A stretch of 64,000 nt of DNA from a bacterium (GTDB lineage Bacteria > UBA8248): contig OZ253442.1 in the NCBI GenBank assembly GCA_965261085.1, forward strand, positions 1,280,001 to 1,344,000. Reading direction: 5' to 3'. A program made the position numbers and the translations under genes. Below the pieces are notes generated by a model. That model was not told where the DNA came from. It worked only from the letters and a program-made list of their open reading frames with translations, and did not search any database. How positions within the stretch are numbered: the stretch's first letter is position 1; each line of letters begins with the position of its first letter. Positions 56,581 to 64,000 of this stretch are shown here, one piece after another.

Positions 56581-57177
56581 CTACACGTATTGATCCAGCC
56601 CGACGAACGTGGCCGGGGAGTGGCCTGCCAGAGGTTCTGAGAGGCGCGAGCGGGTGAAGACGAGCAACCGGCTGAAGTAGAGCGTCTGAAACTGGATGAA
56701 GCCTGCCTTGTCCACGCCGCGCCTCGAGGGGGTATTCTTCGCCTCCACGAAGATGAGAGAACGCGTAAGGCCCAGCTTCTCTCCGTATTCGAGCGCGCGC
56801 TTCAGCACGGCGGGGTAGAGGTTCCTCCCCCGCCAGGGCTCCAGGGTGAAGGCGTCGTAGAGATAGATTTCCTTGGCCTCGGGCTTCACCGCCTGGTTGA
56901 TCTCCTCTACGCCCACCACGCCGCGCGTTCCCCAGATGTAGCTCACCGCCTTGCCGTTTTCGAGGGCGACGAAACACTTCTCGCCCCGCTCGAAACGCCT
57001 CGTCGTCAGGCTCTCGCCCTGAACCTCGGATATGAGGTGGCGATTCTCCGACGCGCCGTCGAGGATGATGTGCTCAACCTCGATTCTCGCCTCGCTCGGC
57101 GGTATTTCACTGGGATGCGGAAAATCGTAGAGACAAAGCTCCACCGACGTCAGGAATGTCGTTTTCAAGAAATCCAA
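56581..57177 (-). CDS. GNAT N-acetyltransferase
   Basis: IYLYDAFT..WRGRNLY, NTPSRR..KAGF. Confidence 0.8.
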   Translation of the reverse strand: MDFLKTTFLTSVELCLYDFPHPSEIPPSEARIEVEHIILDGASENRHLISEVQGESLTTRRFERGEKCFVALENGKAVSYIWGTRGVVGVEEINQAVKPEAKEIYLYDAFTLEPWRGRNLYPAVLKRALEYGEKLGLTRSLIFVEAKNTPSRRGVDKAGFIQFQTLYFSRLLVFTRSRLSEPLAGHSPATFVGLDQYV

Positions 57178-57192
57178 AAGGGGATGACTCCT

Positions 57193-58215
57193 TTATTTGA
57201 GAAGCGCGTCGAGGAAGGGCTCGAGCGAAGCATGGAGACGGGCCAGATCCCTCCTATTTTCCAAATGCCCCTGAACCATTCTTGCGGTATGCGGAATGCT
57301 CACCAGGTAGCGATCCGCCCCGCGCACCGCCTTTTGATAGGCGAAAGTGCCGATGGCCTTCAAGTTTCGCTGTATGGCGGTCGCGCGCAGGGCGCATTCG
57401 TATTCTTCTTTATCCGAGAAATGCAGGTGGCCGCAAGTCTCCCAGTAGCTGTGGATGAGGTAGGCCCGCTCTTCGTCCTCGAACTCGACGTAGCTGTCGA
57501 ACGCCAAAGACGCCAGATCATACAGAGCCGGCCCCATGCGCGCGTCCTGAAAATCGATTGCGAATACTTCGTCATTCGAGACCATCAGGTTCCTGCTGTG
57601 GTAGTCGCGGTGCGTGAGGCGAAAGGGAATCCGGCAGATTTCCTTGCACAATTCGCGGAAGGCCGCATCCAGCGCGCGCTCATCGGTTTCCATCCCCAGG
57701 AGGCGCTCGAATGCGTATTTGCGCGTGTGGTGAAGCTCGTTCGTAAAAAATTCAGCGTCGAAGCGCCGCGTGAGCGCGAGCCTGCCGCTTTCGGGTGCGT
57801 TCGGAGCATTCTGCATGACGGCCATCGCCTCGATAGCGTCGGCATAAAACGGCTCCGCCCGTTTCCATCCGCCTCCGCGCCATACGTCTTCGATCGATTC
57901 ATCACCGCAGTCCTCTAAAAGGATGACGCCGGCTTCTTCATCCACCCCGAAAATTTCAGGCACTCTGACGTCGATTTCGGTGAAATGCCTTTGCACGTCG
58001 ATGAAGGGGAGCGTTTCTTTGGTGAAAGGCTCCGGCATGATCATGCCGATTGAACTTAGGCTAGCGCCGCCTGAGTGGGTGAGCCGCACGTAATCGCGCG
58101 TCGAGGCGTCGCCGGCAAGCGGGGTCAAGGACGTGACGCCGACGCCAAAATGCTCGCGCGCCAGGGTTTCCAGGCGCTCGTGCGCTTGCGTCCGCTCGGT
58201 GAGGCTCGCCTTCAT
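57193..58215 (-). CDS. amgK: MurNAc/GlcNAc kinase AmgK-like (APH fold)
   Basis: LAGDASTRDY.R, LEDCGD, HRDYHSRNLM, IDFQDA.MGP..YDLASL, QRNLKAIGTF. Confidence 0.8.
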   Translation of the reverse strand: MKASLTERTQAHERLETLAREHFGVGVTSLTPLAGDASTRDYVRLTHSGGASLSSIGMIMPEPFTKETLPFIDVQRHFTEIDVRVPEIFGVDEEAGVILLEDCGDESIEDVWRGGGWKRAEPFYADAIEAMAVMQNAPNAPESGRLALTRRFDAEFFTNELHHTRKYAFERLLGMETDERALDAAFRELCKEICRIPFRLTHRDYHSRNLMVSNDEVFAIDFQDARMGPALYDLASLAFDSYVEFEDEERAYLIHSYWETCGHLHFSDKEEYECALRATAIQRNLKAIGTFAYQKAVRGADRYLVSIPHTARMVQGHLENRRDLARLHASLEPFLDALLK

Positions 58216-59063
58216 GCGGGACTCGGCTTGTTCTGTGAGGCGAGCGCCCCAATGGCGCGCGCCGATGCGGCGAGCGTCTTGGCGTAAGGTTCGTCTTTTC
58301 TCCTGAGCTCAAGAGTCAGCGTCCCCCGGTAGCCTTGGGTGTCGAGTGTCGTGAAAAAAGATGCCCACTCGAACGCGCCCTCGCCCGGTATCAGGTGCGC
58401 GTCGTTTCGCCCGTCGTTATCGTGTAAGTGCGTTGCGACACAAAGGGGCGCCAGCCGCTCGATAGCGCCCGGGGCGTTTTTCCCTTCGGTGATGAGGGCG
58501 TGGCCTGTGTCGATGCAGATTTTTACTCTCGGATGGTCGATGCGCTCGACGAACCCGGCCAAAGGCTCGGCGAGGCCCAAAGTTGAAGGTATGTTTTCGA
58601 CTGCGATGACGGAGTCGGTTTCCTCGGCCACGGGCAGGAGCAGCGCGATGCTCTCTTCTAACGCCTCGTAGGTGTCCCCATCCCCGGCTTTTCCCGGCGC
58701 GCTCGGATGGAGAATGGCGATCCGCGCGCCCAGAGGACGAAAAGCACGCAGGGCGTTCATCGCTTTCTCCAAGGCCGCCGCGCGCGCATCCGGCTCTTTG
58801 TCGGCGAGAGAGAGCCAGCGCCCTTTTCTCGCCTCGCTTAAATCCGCATAAAAAGGCGCATGAAAAGAGGGTGTTGTGAGGGAGAGGTCCTCCAGCCAGC
58901 CTTTGAGGGTTTTGAGCCTCGCGAAGTCGCCCACGTCGAAGTTGGGCGTCATCGCCCACAGTTCGATTTTCCGGAAACCGGTTTCGGCCGCCTCATTTAG
59001 ATGATCGAAGGAAAGCGGTTCATAGGCGAACAGATGCGCCGAGAGGGCTAGGTCGGGTGCCAA
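58212..59063 (-). CDS. Sugar phosphate isomerase/epimerase (xylose-isomerase-like TIM barrel)
   Basis: SFHAPF, AVEN, CIDTGHA, HLHDNDG..D.HL.PG.G, TLE. Confidence 0.88.
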   Translation of the reverse strand: MAPDLALSAHLFAYEPLSFDHLNEAAETGFRKIELWAMTPNFDVGDFARLKTLKGWLEDLSLTTPSFHAPFYADLSEARKGRWLSLADKEPDARAAALEKAMNALRAFRPLGARIAILHPSAPGKAGDGDTYEALEESIALLLPVAEETDSVIAVENIPSTLGLAEPLAGFVERIDHPRVKICIDTGHALITEGKNAPGAIERLAPLCVATHLHDNDGRNDAHLIPGEGAFEWASFFTTLDTQGYRGTLTLELRRKDEPYAKTLAASARAIGALASQNKPSPA

Positions 59064-59196
59064 GAGGTTTCCTTTTATGAGCGGGGGCGGTGAAACGCGC
59101 TTGATGGGGCGCGATTATACGCCTTGGGATGCGGGAGCGGCAATGAGAGGCCCGATTCGTGCGCCATTCGCCGGACGAAAAATCGTCTCGCACCTG

Positions 59197-59241
59197 TTGA
59201 CAAGGGGGCCGCTGGGCTAGTATTGGTCATACCATCTGACC
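59197..59241 (+). promoter_or_regulatory. Promoter with FadR/GntR-type operator
   Basis: TTGACA at 59197, TAGTAT at 59218; TGGTcatACCA and ggtcataccatctgacc palindromes upstream of the GntR gene. Confidence 0.6.
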
Positions 59242-59332
59242 AGAACTTCCGGTCTCGTAAAAAAAAAATAACAATCCCTGCGTGGTTTTCCCTCATCGCT
59301 CGGGATGGCTTGCGTCATCAGGAGGCGGTTCA

Positions 59333-60067
59333 TTGCTCAGGCCGGTGAGAAAAACGAGGCTCTACGAAGACGTGGTGGAGCAGATACAGCAACTCATCCG
59401 CAAGCGAAAACTCACGCCTGGCGACAGGCTGCCCTCGGAGCGCGAACTCGCGGCGACTCTCGCCATCGGGAGGCCTTCGGTGCGAGAGGCCCTGCGCGCG
59501 CTCGACACCACTGGCCTCATCGAGGTGAGGAGCGGCCAGGGCGCTTTTCTGCGCAACCTCTCGGTGGATCCCTATCTCGCCACGGTGCGCGAGAGCCTGG
59601 CGTTTTTGCTCGACGTGAAAGAAGACACCCTGCTCGAACTCTGGGAGGTGCGGCAGGGGCTGGAAGAGCAAATCGCGCGCCTGACGGCCGAGCGCAGAAC
59701 GGGAGAACAACTCGAACGGCTGAGGTCTCACACCGAGGAGATGCGTAAGCGCATCGAGAGGCCCGAAGCCTTCGTACGCGCGGGCGTCGCCTGGCACCGC
59801 GCCTTGTGCGAGGCGGCGGAGAACGCCGTTTTGAGAACGGTGTGGGAGGCCATTGCGGGTCTCATCGAAAAAAGCCAGCGCCGGATCATCGGCACGCCCG
59901 GCCAGCCGGACGAGGCCTTGCGCCAACACGAGAAGCTGCTTGCGGCCGTTGAGGCGGGCGAGCCGGAAGAAGCCGCGCTCGCCATGCGCGAGCACATGGC
60001 GGCCGAGGGCGCGCGCCTGAAAGAAGCGCTGGCCGTATCGCGAAACGGAGGGGCGCTGCGCGTTTGA
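59333..60067 (+). CDS. FadR/GntR family regulator
   Basis: PGDRLPSERELA..L..GRPSVREAL, G.G.F, FCD domain; AGGAGG RBS before TTG 59333. Confidence 0.92.
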   Translation: MLRPVRKTRLYEDVVEQIQQLIRKRKLTPGDRLPSERELAATLAIGRPSVREALRALDTTGLIEVRSGQGAFLRNLSVDPYLATVRESLAFLLDVKEDTLLELWEVRQGLEEQIARLTAERRTGEQLERLRSHTEEMRKRIERPEAFVRAGVAWHRALCEAAENAVLRTVWEAIAGLIEKSQRRIIGTPGQPDEALRQHEKLLAAVEAGEPEEAALAMREHMAAEGARLKEALAVSRNGGALRV

Positions 60068-60152
60068 CGCGCTTTTTTGTTGTGATTGCGGGACGATTTT
60101 TGATGTCGTTTTATGAACGATTCACCCCCATTTTCGTATAGGAGGAATTTTC

Positions 60153-61502
60153 ATGGTGGAAGTGAGTAAACAAGGCATGCCGATGGACTTTTTGCAGAAA
60201 GAGCATTACCAGTCCCCCCGGCGTGTCTTCAGCCAGACGGGCAGTGATTGGCAGCGCCGCGTCGATTTCAACCAGATGAGAATCGACAGGCTCGACCGCG
60301 CCAAGGCGATGATGGAAAAGCACGACATGGACGCCATCATCATGTACAAGGGCGAGAACATCCGCTACACCGCGTCGGTCTTCCAGGGCAACTGGAAGAA
60401 CAACATCTTCATCCGCTACGCCGTGCTTTGCCGGGGCGCGGAAACGCCGGTGCTCTTCGAGACGGCCGGATCGGACTTTGAGTGCGCGCGCATCGACGCG
60501 CCCTGGCTCGAGGGCAACATCCGGCCCGCCATCACCTGGAAGTGGTCCGAAACCGCCGAGCAGATGATGGTGAACCGCATGGCGGATTCGGTGATCGACG
60601 TTCTCAAAGAGAACAACGTTCCGCTGAACGGGCGGATCGGCATCGACATCATGGACATGCAGGCCTACAGCGCCTTCACCGAGAAGGGCGTGAACCTGGT
60701 GAACGCATGGCCGGTGATGAGCGAGGCGCGCGTCATCAAGACGCCCGAGGAAATCGAGTGCCTGAAGATCAGCTCCGCCATCGGCGACACCTGCATGTGG
60801 AAGATCAGAAACGAGTGGCTCAAACCCGGCATCCGCGAGTGCGACCTCACCGCGTGGGTGAACAACCTGCTCTATGAAGAGGGCTTCGATTTCGTCTACG
60901 ACATCATCGTCGCCTCGGGCGGCAACACGAGCCCCTACCGCCGCTGGCACACCGACAAGATGATCCGCGACGGAGACCTGGTCGTCGTCGACATCAACGC
61001 CATCGGCCCGGGCGGTTATTTCGTGGACTACGTGCGCTGCTTCAAGTGCGGCGGCGGCTGGACGAAGAAGGAAAAAGAGCTTTACCGGGAGGTCTACGAC
61101 ACCATGTATGCGGGCATGAGCCAGCTCGTGCCGGGCAAGACTTCGAAAGACGTGGCCTCGGAGTTCCCCGTCTACGCCGATGACAAGTACGGCACGGTGA
61201 CGCTCCAGCAGTTCGCCCACTCCATCGGCCTGGACCTCTATGAGGGCATGTGGATCAGCCGCGCCTACAGCCTCGATTATCCGGTGGAGATCAAGGAGAA
61301 CATGTACTTCGCCATCGAGACGTTCGCAGGCCACCCGGGGCTTCCTCAGACGGTGCGTCTGGAAGAGAACGTGCTCGTCGGCCCCGACGGCCCCATCGTC
61401 TTCACGGGCTCCTCGCATTATGACGAGTGCATCGAGGATTCGCCCTACTTCGACTTCTCGGCGAAGTCGCGCGGCGAGCCTCGCTTCGAGCTGCCCGCGT
61501 AG
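60153..61502 (+). CDS. M24 (pita-bread) metallo-hydrolase/lyase, DddP/creatinase-like
   Basis: ENIRY, R.IKTPEEI, D-x-D (VDINA..FVD), HSIGL, IET, RLEE metal ligands. Confidence 0.85.
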   Translation: MVEVSKQGMPMDFLQKEHYQSPRRVFSQTGSDWQRRVDFNQMRIDRLDRAKAMMEKHDMDAIIMYKGENIRYTASVFQGNWKNNIFIRYAVLCRGAETPVLFETAGSDFECARIDAPWLEGNIRPAITWKWSETAEQMMVNRMADSVIDVLKENNVPLNGRIGIDIMDMQAYSAFTEKGVNLVNAWPVMSEARVIKTPEEIECLKISSAIGDTCMWKIRNEWLKPGIRECDLTAWVNNLLYEEGFDFVYDIIVASGGNTSPYRRWHTDKMIRDGDLVVVDINAIGPGGYFVDYVRCFKCGGGWTKKEKELYREVYDTMYAGMSQLVPGKTSKDVASEFPVYADDKYGTVTLQQFAHSIGLDLYEGMWISRAYSLDYPVEIKENMYFAIETFAGHPGLPQTVRLEENVLVGPDGPIVFTGSSHYDECIEDSPYFDFSAKSRGEPRFELPA

Positions 61503-61615
61503 CGGTTGTTGCTTCCCGTCCGTGTCCCCGCAGCCTGGGGCGCGGGCGGGAGCGTTTTCATATTCGTAATGCAGGGGAAATCGCCTCCCGAAAAGGCGAA
61601 TAGGAGAATCATGAG

Positions 61616-62836
61616 ATGAGCGAACCCTGGAATACCGATATGTGGTTCACCAGCCCGTGGAATTTCGAGGGCGAGGTGACCTCCAATATCAAGTTCGACC
61701 CCAATCCCAAGATCCACGACGTGACGCTCCGGGACGGAGAGCAGCAAGCGGGCGTCATGTTCAACAAGGACGAGAAGATCCGGATCGCCGAAGCCCTGGC
61801 CGAGACGGGCGTGCACCGCATCGAGGCCGGTATGCCTGTGGTTTCGCCGTCTGATGAGGCGGCTATCCGCGAGATCGTCAAGCGCCTGGAAGGCACGGAC
61901 ACCGAGGTGTTCAGCTTCGCGCGCTGCATGGCGGACGACGTGAAGCGCTCCGCCGACACGGGCGTGAAGGGCGTGGTCATGGAAGTGCCGAGTTCCACGC
62001 ACATGATCGAGCGCGCCTATAAGTGGGAGCTCGACAAAGCCATCGAGACCTCCGTCAAGGCAACGCAGGTGGCGAAGGAATGCGGCCTCTACACCGTGTT
62101 CTTCCCCATCGACTTCTCACGCGCCCCGCTGGACTGGGTGCTGGGCCTCCTCAAGAAGGTGGCGACCGAAGGCCACATGGACGCGCTGGCGATCGTCGAC
62201 ACGTTCGGCGTGCTGAGCCCGCACACCGTGCCCTACGTCATCAAGAAGATGCGCGAGGTCTTCCCGGACGAGCCTTTCGAGCCTCATTTTCACGACGACT
62301 ACGGAATGGGCGTGGCCAACACGCTGATGGCGATGGCCGAGGGCTGCCAGGTGGCGCAGACGTCGGTGAGCGGCATCGGCGAGCGCGCGGGCAACGCGGC
62401 GTATGAGGAACTGGCTCTGGCCATGCTGACCATGTACGACGTGGACATGGGTCTGAAGACCGAGAAATTCACCGAGGTCTCGAGGCTCGTGCAGGAGTGC
62501 GGGCGCATCAGCCTGGCGCCCAATCGCTGCGTCGTGGGCGATAACCTCTACGACATCGAGAGCGGCATCATCGTGAGCTGGCTCAAGAACTGCGAGAAGG
62601 ATTTCCCGACCGAGCTCGTGCCCTTCCGCGCCGGCCTCGTCGGCCAGAAAGAGCCCGAGCCCGTCATCGGCAAGGGCAGCGGCATCGATTCCATCAACCT
62701 CTTCCTGGAGCAGTTGGGCATCACGGCCTCAGAAGAAGAGAAGATGGCGCTCCTGATGGACGTGAAGGAAAAATCCCTGAGCCTCCATCGCCTCCTCACG
62801 ATGGACGAGTTCAAGGAGTTGGCGGGAGTAAAATAG
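61616..62836 (+). CDS. DRE-TIM metallolyase (LeuA/homocitrate synthase-like pyruvate carboxyltransferase)
   Basis: HDVTLRDGEQQAG, IVDTFG, HFHDDYG, GIGERAGNA, GKGSG. Confidence 0.9.
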   Translation: MSEPWNTDMWFTSPWNFEGEVTSNIKFDPNPKIHDVTLRDGEQQAGVMFNKDEKIRIAEALAETGVHRIEAGMPVVSPSDEAAIREIVKRLEGTDTEVFSFARCMADDVKRSADTGVKGVVMEVPSSTHMIERAYKWELDKAIETSVKATQVAKECGLYTVFFPIDFSRAPLDWVLGLLKKVATEGHMDALAIVDTFGVLSPHTVPYVIKKMREVFPDEPFEPHFHDDYGMGVANTLMAMAEGCQVAQTSVSGIGERAGNAAYEELALAMLTMYDVDMGLKTEKFTEVSRLVQECGRISLAPNRCVVGDNLYDIESGIIVSWLKNCEKDFPTELVPFRAGLVGQKEPEPVIGKGSGIDSINLFLEQLGITASEEEKMALLMDVKEKSLSLHRLLTMDEFKELAGVK

Positions 62837-62945
62837 TTTTCAGCCCGTTCCCGCGTAGGGGCGGATGAGCCAGGCGGCGCCGGTTCGCCGGCCGGACCCA
62901 GCGGCCTTGGTTCTCCGTCGCGACGAGCGGGTTGAAAATGAAATG

Positions 62946-62979
62946 AAAAGGGCGGCTCATTAGGGGCCGCCCTTTTTTT
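62946..62979 (+). terminator. Intrinsic terminator
   Basis: aaaa-gggcggc-loop-gccgccc-T7. Confidence 0.8.
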
Positions 62980-63109
62980 GCAAGTAAACCCGGCGGGACG
63001 AAGGAAGTTTCCTGGCCGGGCGGTGTTCTGCGCGATGGACTTGGAAGCTCTCCTTCTTTATTATCTCGGTATCACACAGATTTCGACTCCCCGCACCGGA
63101 GGACATCCC

Positions 63110-63832
63110 ATGACGGACTGGAAGAAGAAGATCGGCTTCATCGTTCCATCCTGGAACACGGTGATGGAGTACGAATGCCAACGCATGGCGCCTGAGGGCG
63201 TATCGGTTCATTTCACGCGCATCGCCCACACGGACGATGAGGAGGAAACCCTCCTGCACATGATAGAGGTGGTGCCGGAGCTGGCCGATCTGCTCGGCCA
63301 CGCGAGTCTGGACGCCATTTGCTTCGGCTGCACGGGCGGCAGCTTCGTGCGTCCGGGCATGGATGAGGACATCATCGGGGTCATCGAGGAGCGCACGGGC
63401 ATCCCGGCCACGACGACCTCCACCGCCCTGGTCGAGGCCATGCGTGAGATGGGCGTCGCCAAAGTGGCGCTCGCCTCGCCCTATCCCCAATGGCTGAACG
63501 ACAAGCTGGGTGTGTTTCTCGCGGATAAGGGAATCGAGGTGGTCGCCGAGAAGGGCCAGAACGTCGAGTGCCCCGCCTTCCTGCCGCCCGAAAACTCGGA
63601 AGCCCTGGCGCGCGAGGTGGATTGCGCGGAGGCGGACGGCATCTTCATCAGTTGCACGAACTTCCGCTCGCTCGAATCGGTCGATAAGCTCGAAGCCGCA
63701 CTCGGAAAACCCGTACTCACGAGCAACACCACGGCCATGTGGCACACGCTCAGGGTGGCGGGTTTCGAGGGCGATGCCGCAGGGGGCGGCGCGTTGATGC
63801 GCGAACACCTCGCATCCGCACGCCGCGTTTGA
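63110..63832 (+). CDS. Asp/Glu racemase-fold protein (maleate isomerase/AMDase family)
   Basis: IGFIVPS.NT.ME, FGCTGGS, ASPY, FISCTNF, GKPVLTSN. Confidence 0.9.
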   Translation: MTDWKKKIGFIVPSWNTVMEYECQRMAPEGVSVHFTRIAHTDDEEETLLHMIEVVPELADLLGHASLDAICFGCTGGSFVRPGMDEDIIGVIEERTGIPATTTSTALVEAMREMGVAKVALASPYPQWLNDKLGVFLADKGIEVVAEKGQNVECPAFLPPENSEALAREVDCAEADGIFISCTNFRSLESVDKLEAALGKPVLTSNTTAMWHTLRVAGFEGDAAGGGALMREHLASARRV

Positions 63833-63839
63833 GCTTCAT

Positions 63840-64000
63840 ATGGGCGAGAGGAGCCGCCGCGGCCAGCAGTGGGTGACGGAGGAGTTCTACAAGGTTCACG
63901 ACGTCTACGCCTTCCGCTCGGTGATGTACGTGGAGTGGGGCTTCCGGCCCGCCGACGTGAGGAGGACCACCGAGCGCATCAAGACGCCCGGCTCCGTGCC
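63840..64000 (+). CDS. Partial ORF, possibly the N-terminus of an alpha/beta-hydrolase
   Basis: MGERSRRGQQWVTEEFYKVHDVYAF...; open to the window end, host-like codon usage. Confidence 0.45.
   Translation, partial: MGERSRRGQQWVTEEFYKVHDVYAFRSVMYVEWGFRPADVRRTTERIKTPGSV

Overview
Bacterial chromosomal window, GC-rich with lower-GC accessory patches. The ankyrin, TPR and RTX repeat proteins, TauD, SulP and the many TA/defence genes would fit a host-associated (e.g. sponge-type) symbiont; this is inference only. Housekeeping and metabolic genes (tauD-like, MFS, 2x sulP, SCO, chdC/hemQ, selA/selB, CoA-transferase, ppk2, ychF, a nagZ/amgK/GT4/PIG-L operon, a GntR-regulated catabolic operon) are interspersed with defence and mobile cargo. 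The main structure is at 25.4-37.2 kb. Two near-identical direct copies of the ribosome-rescue gene arfB bracket a SIR2/DSR1-like gene. The second copy is split by a 3.15-kb cargo-carrying IS1595 element (26-bp TIRs, 8-bp TSD, internal promoter-palindrome and candidate sRNA) and is followed by a PHP-ABC-ATPase + Schlafen/AlbA_2 operon. Other signals: two 192-bp MITEs whose 38-bp core is flipped between copies; a 35-bp inverted repeat pair bracketing the 12.8-kb sel/heme/metal region; a frameshifted higB; an ABC-ATPase + PD-(D/E)xK gene pair; GTAG-type REPs. No rRNA, tRNA or CRISPR array was recognised. All family calls come from motif recognition by eye; no searches were run.
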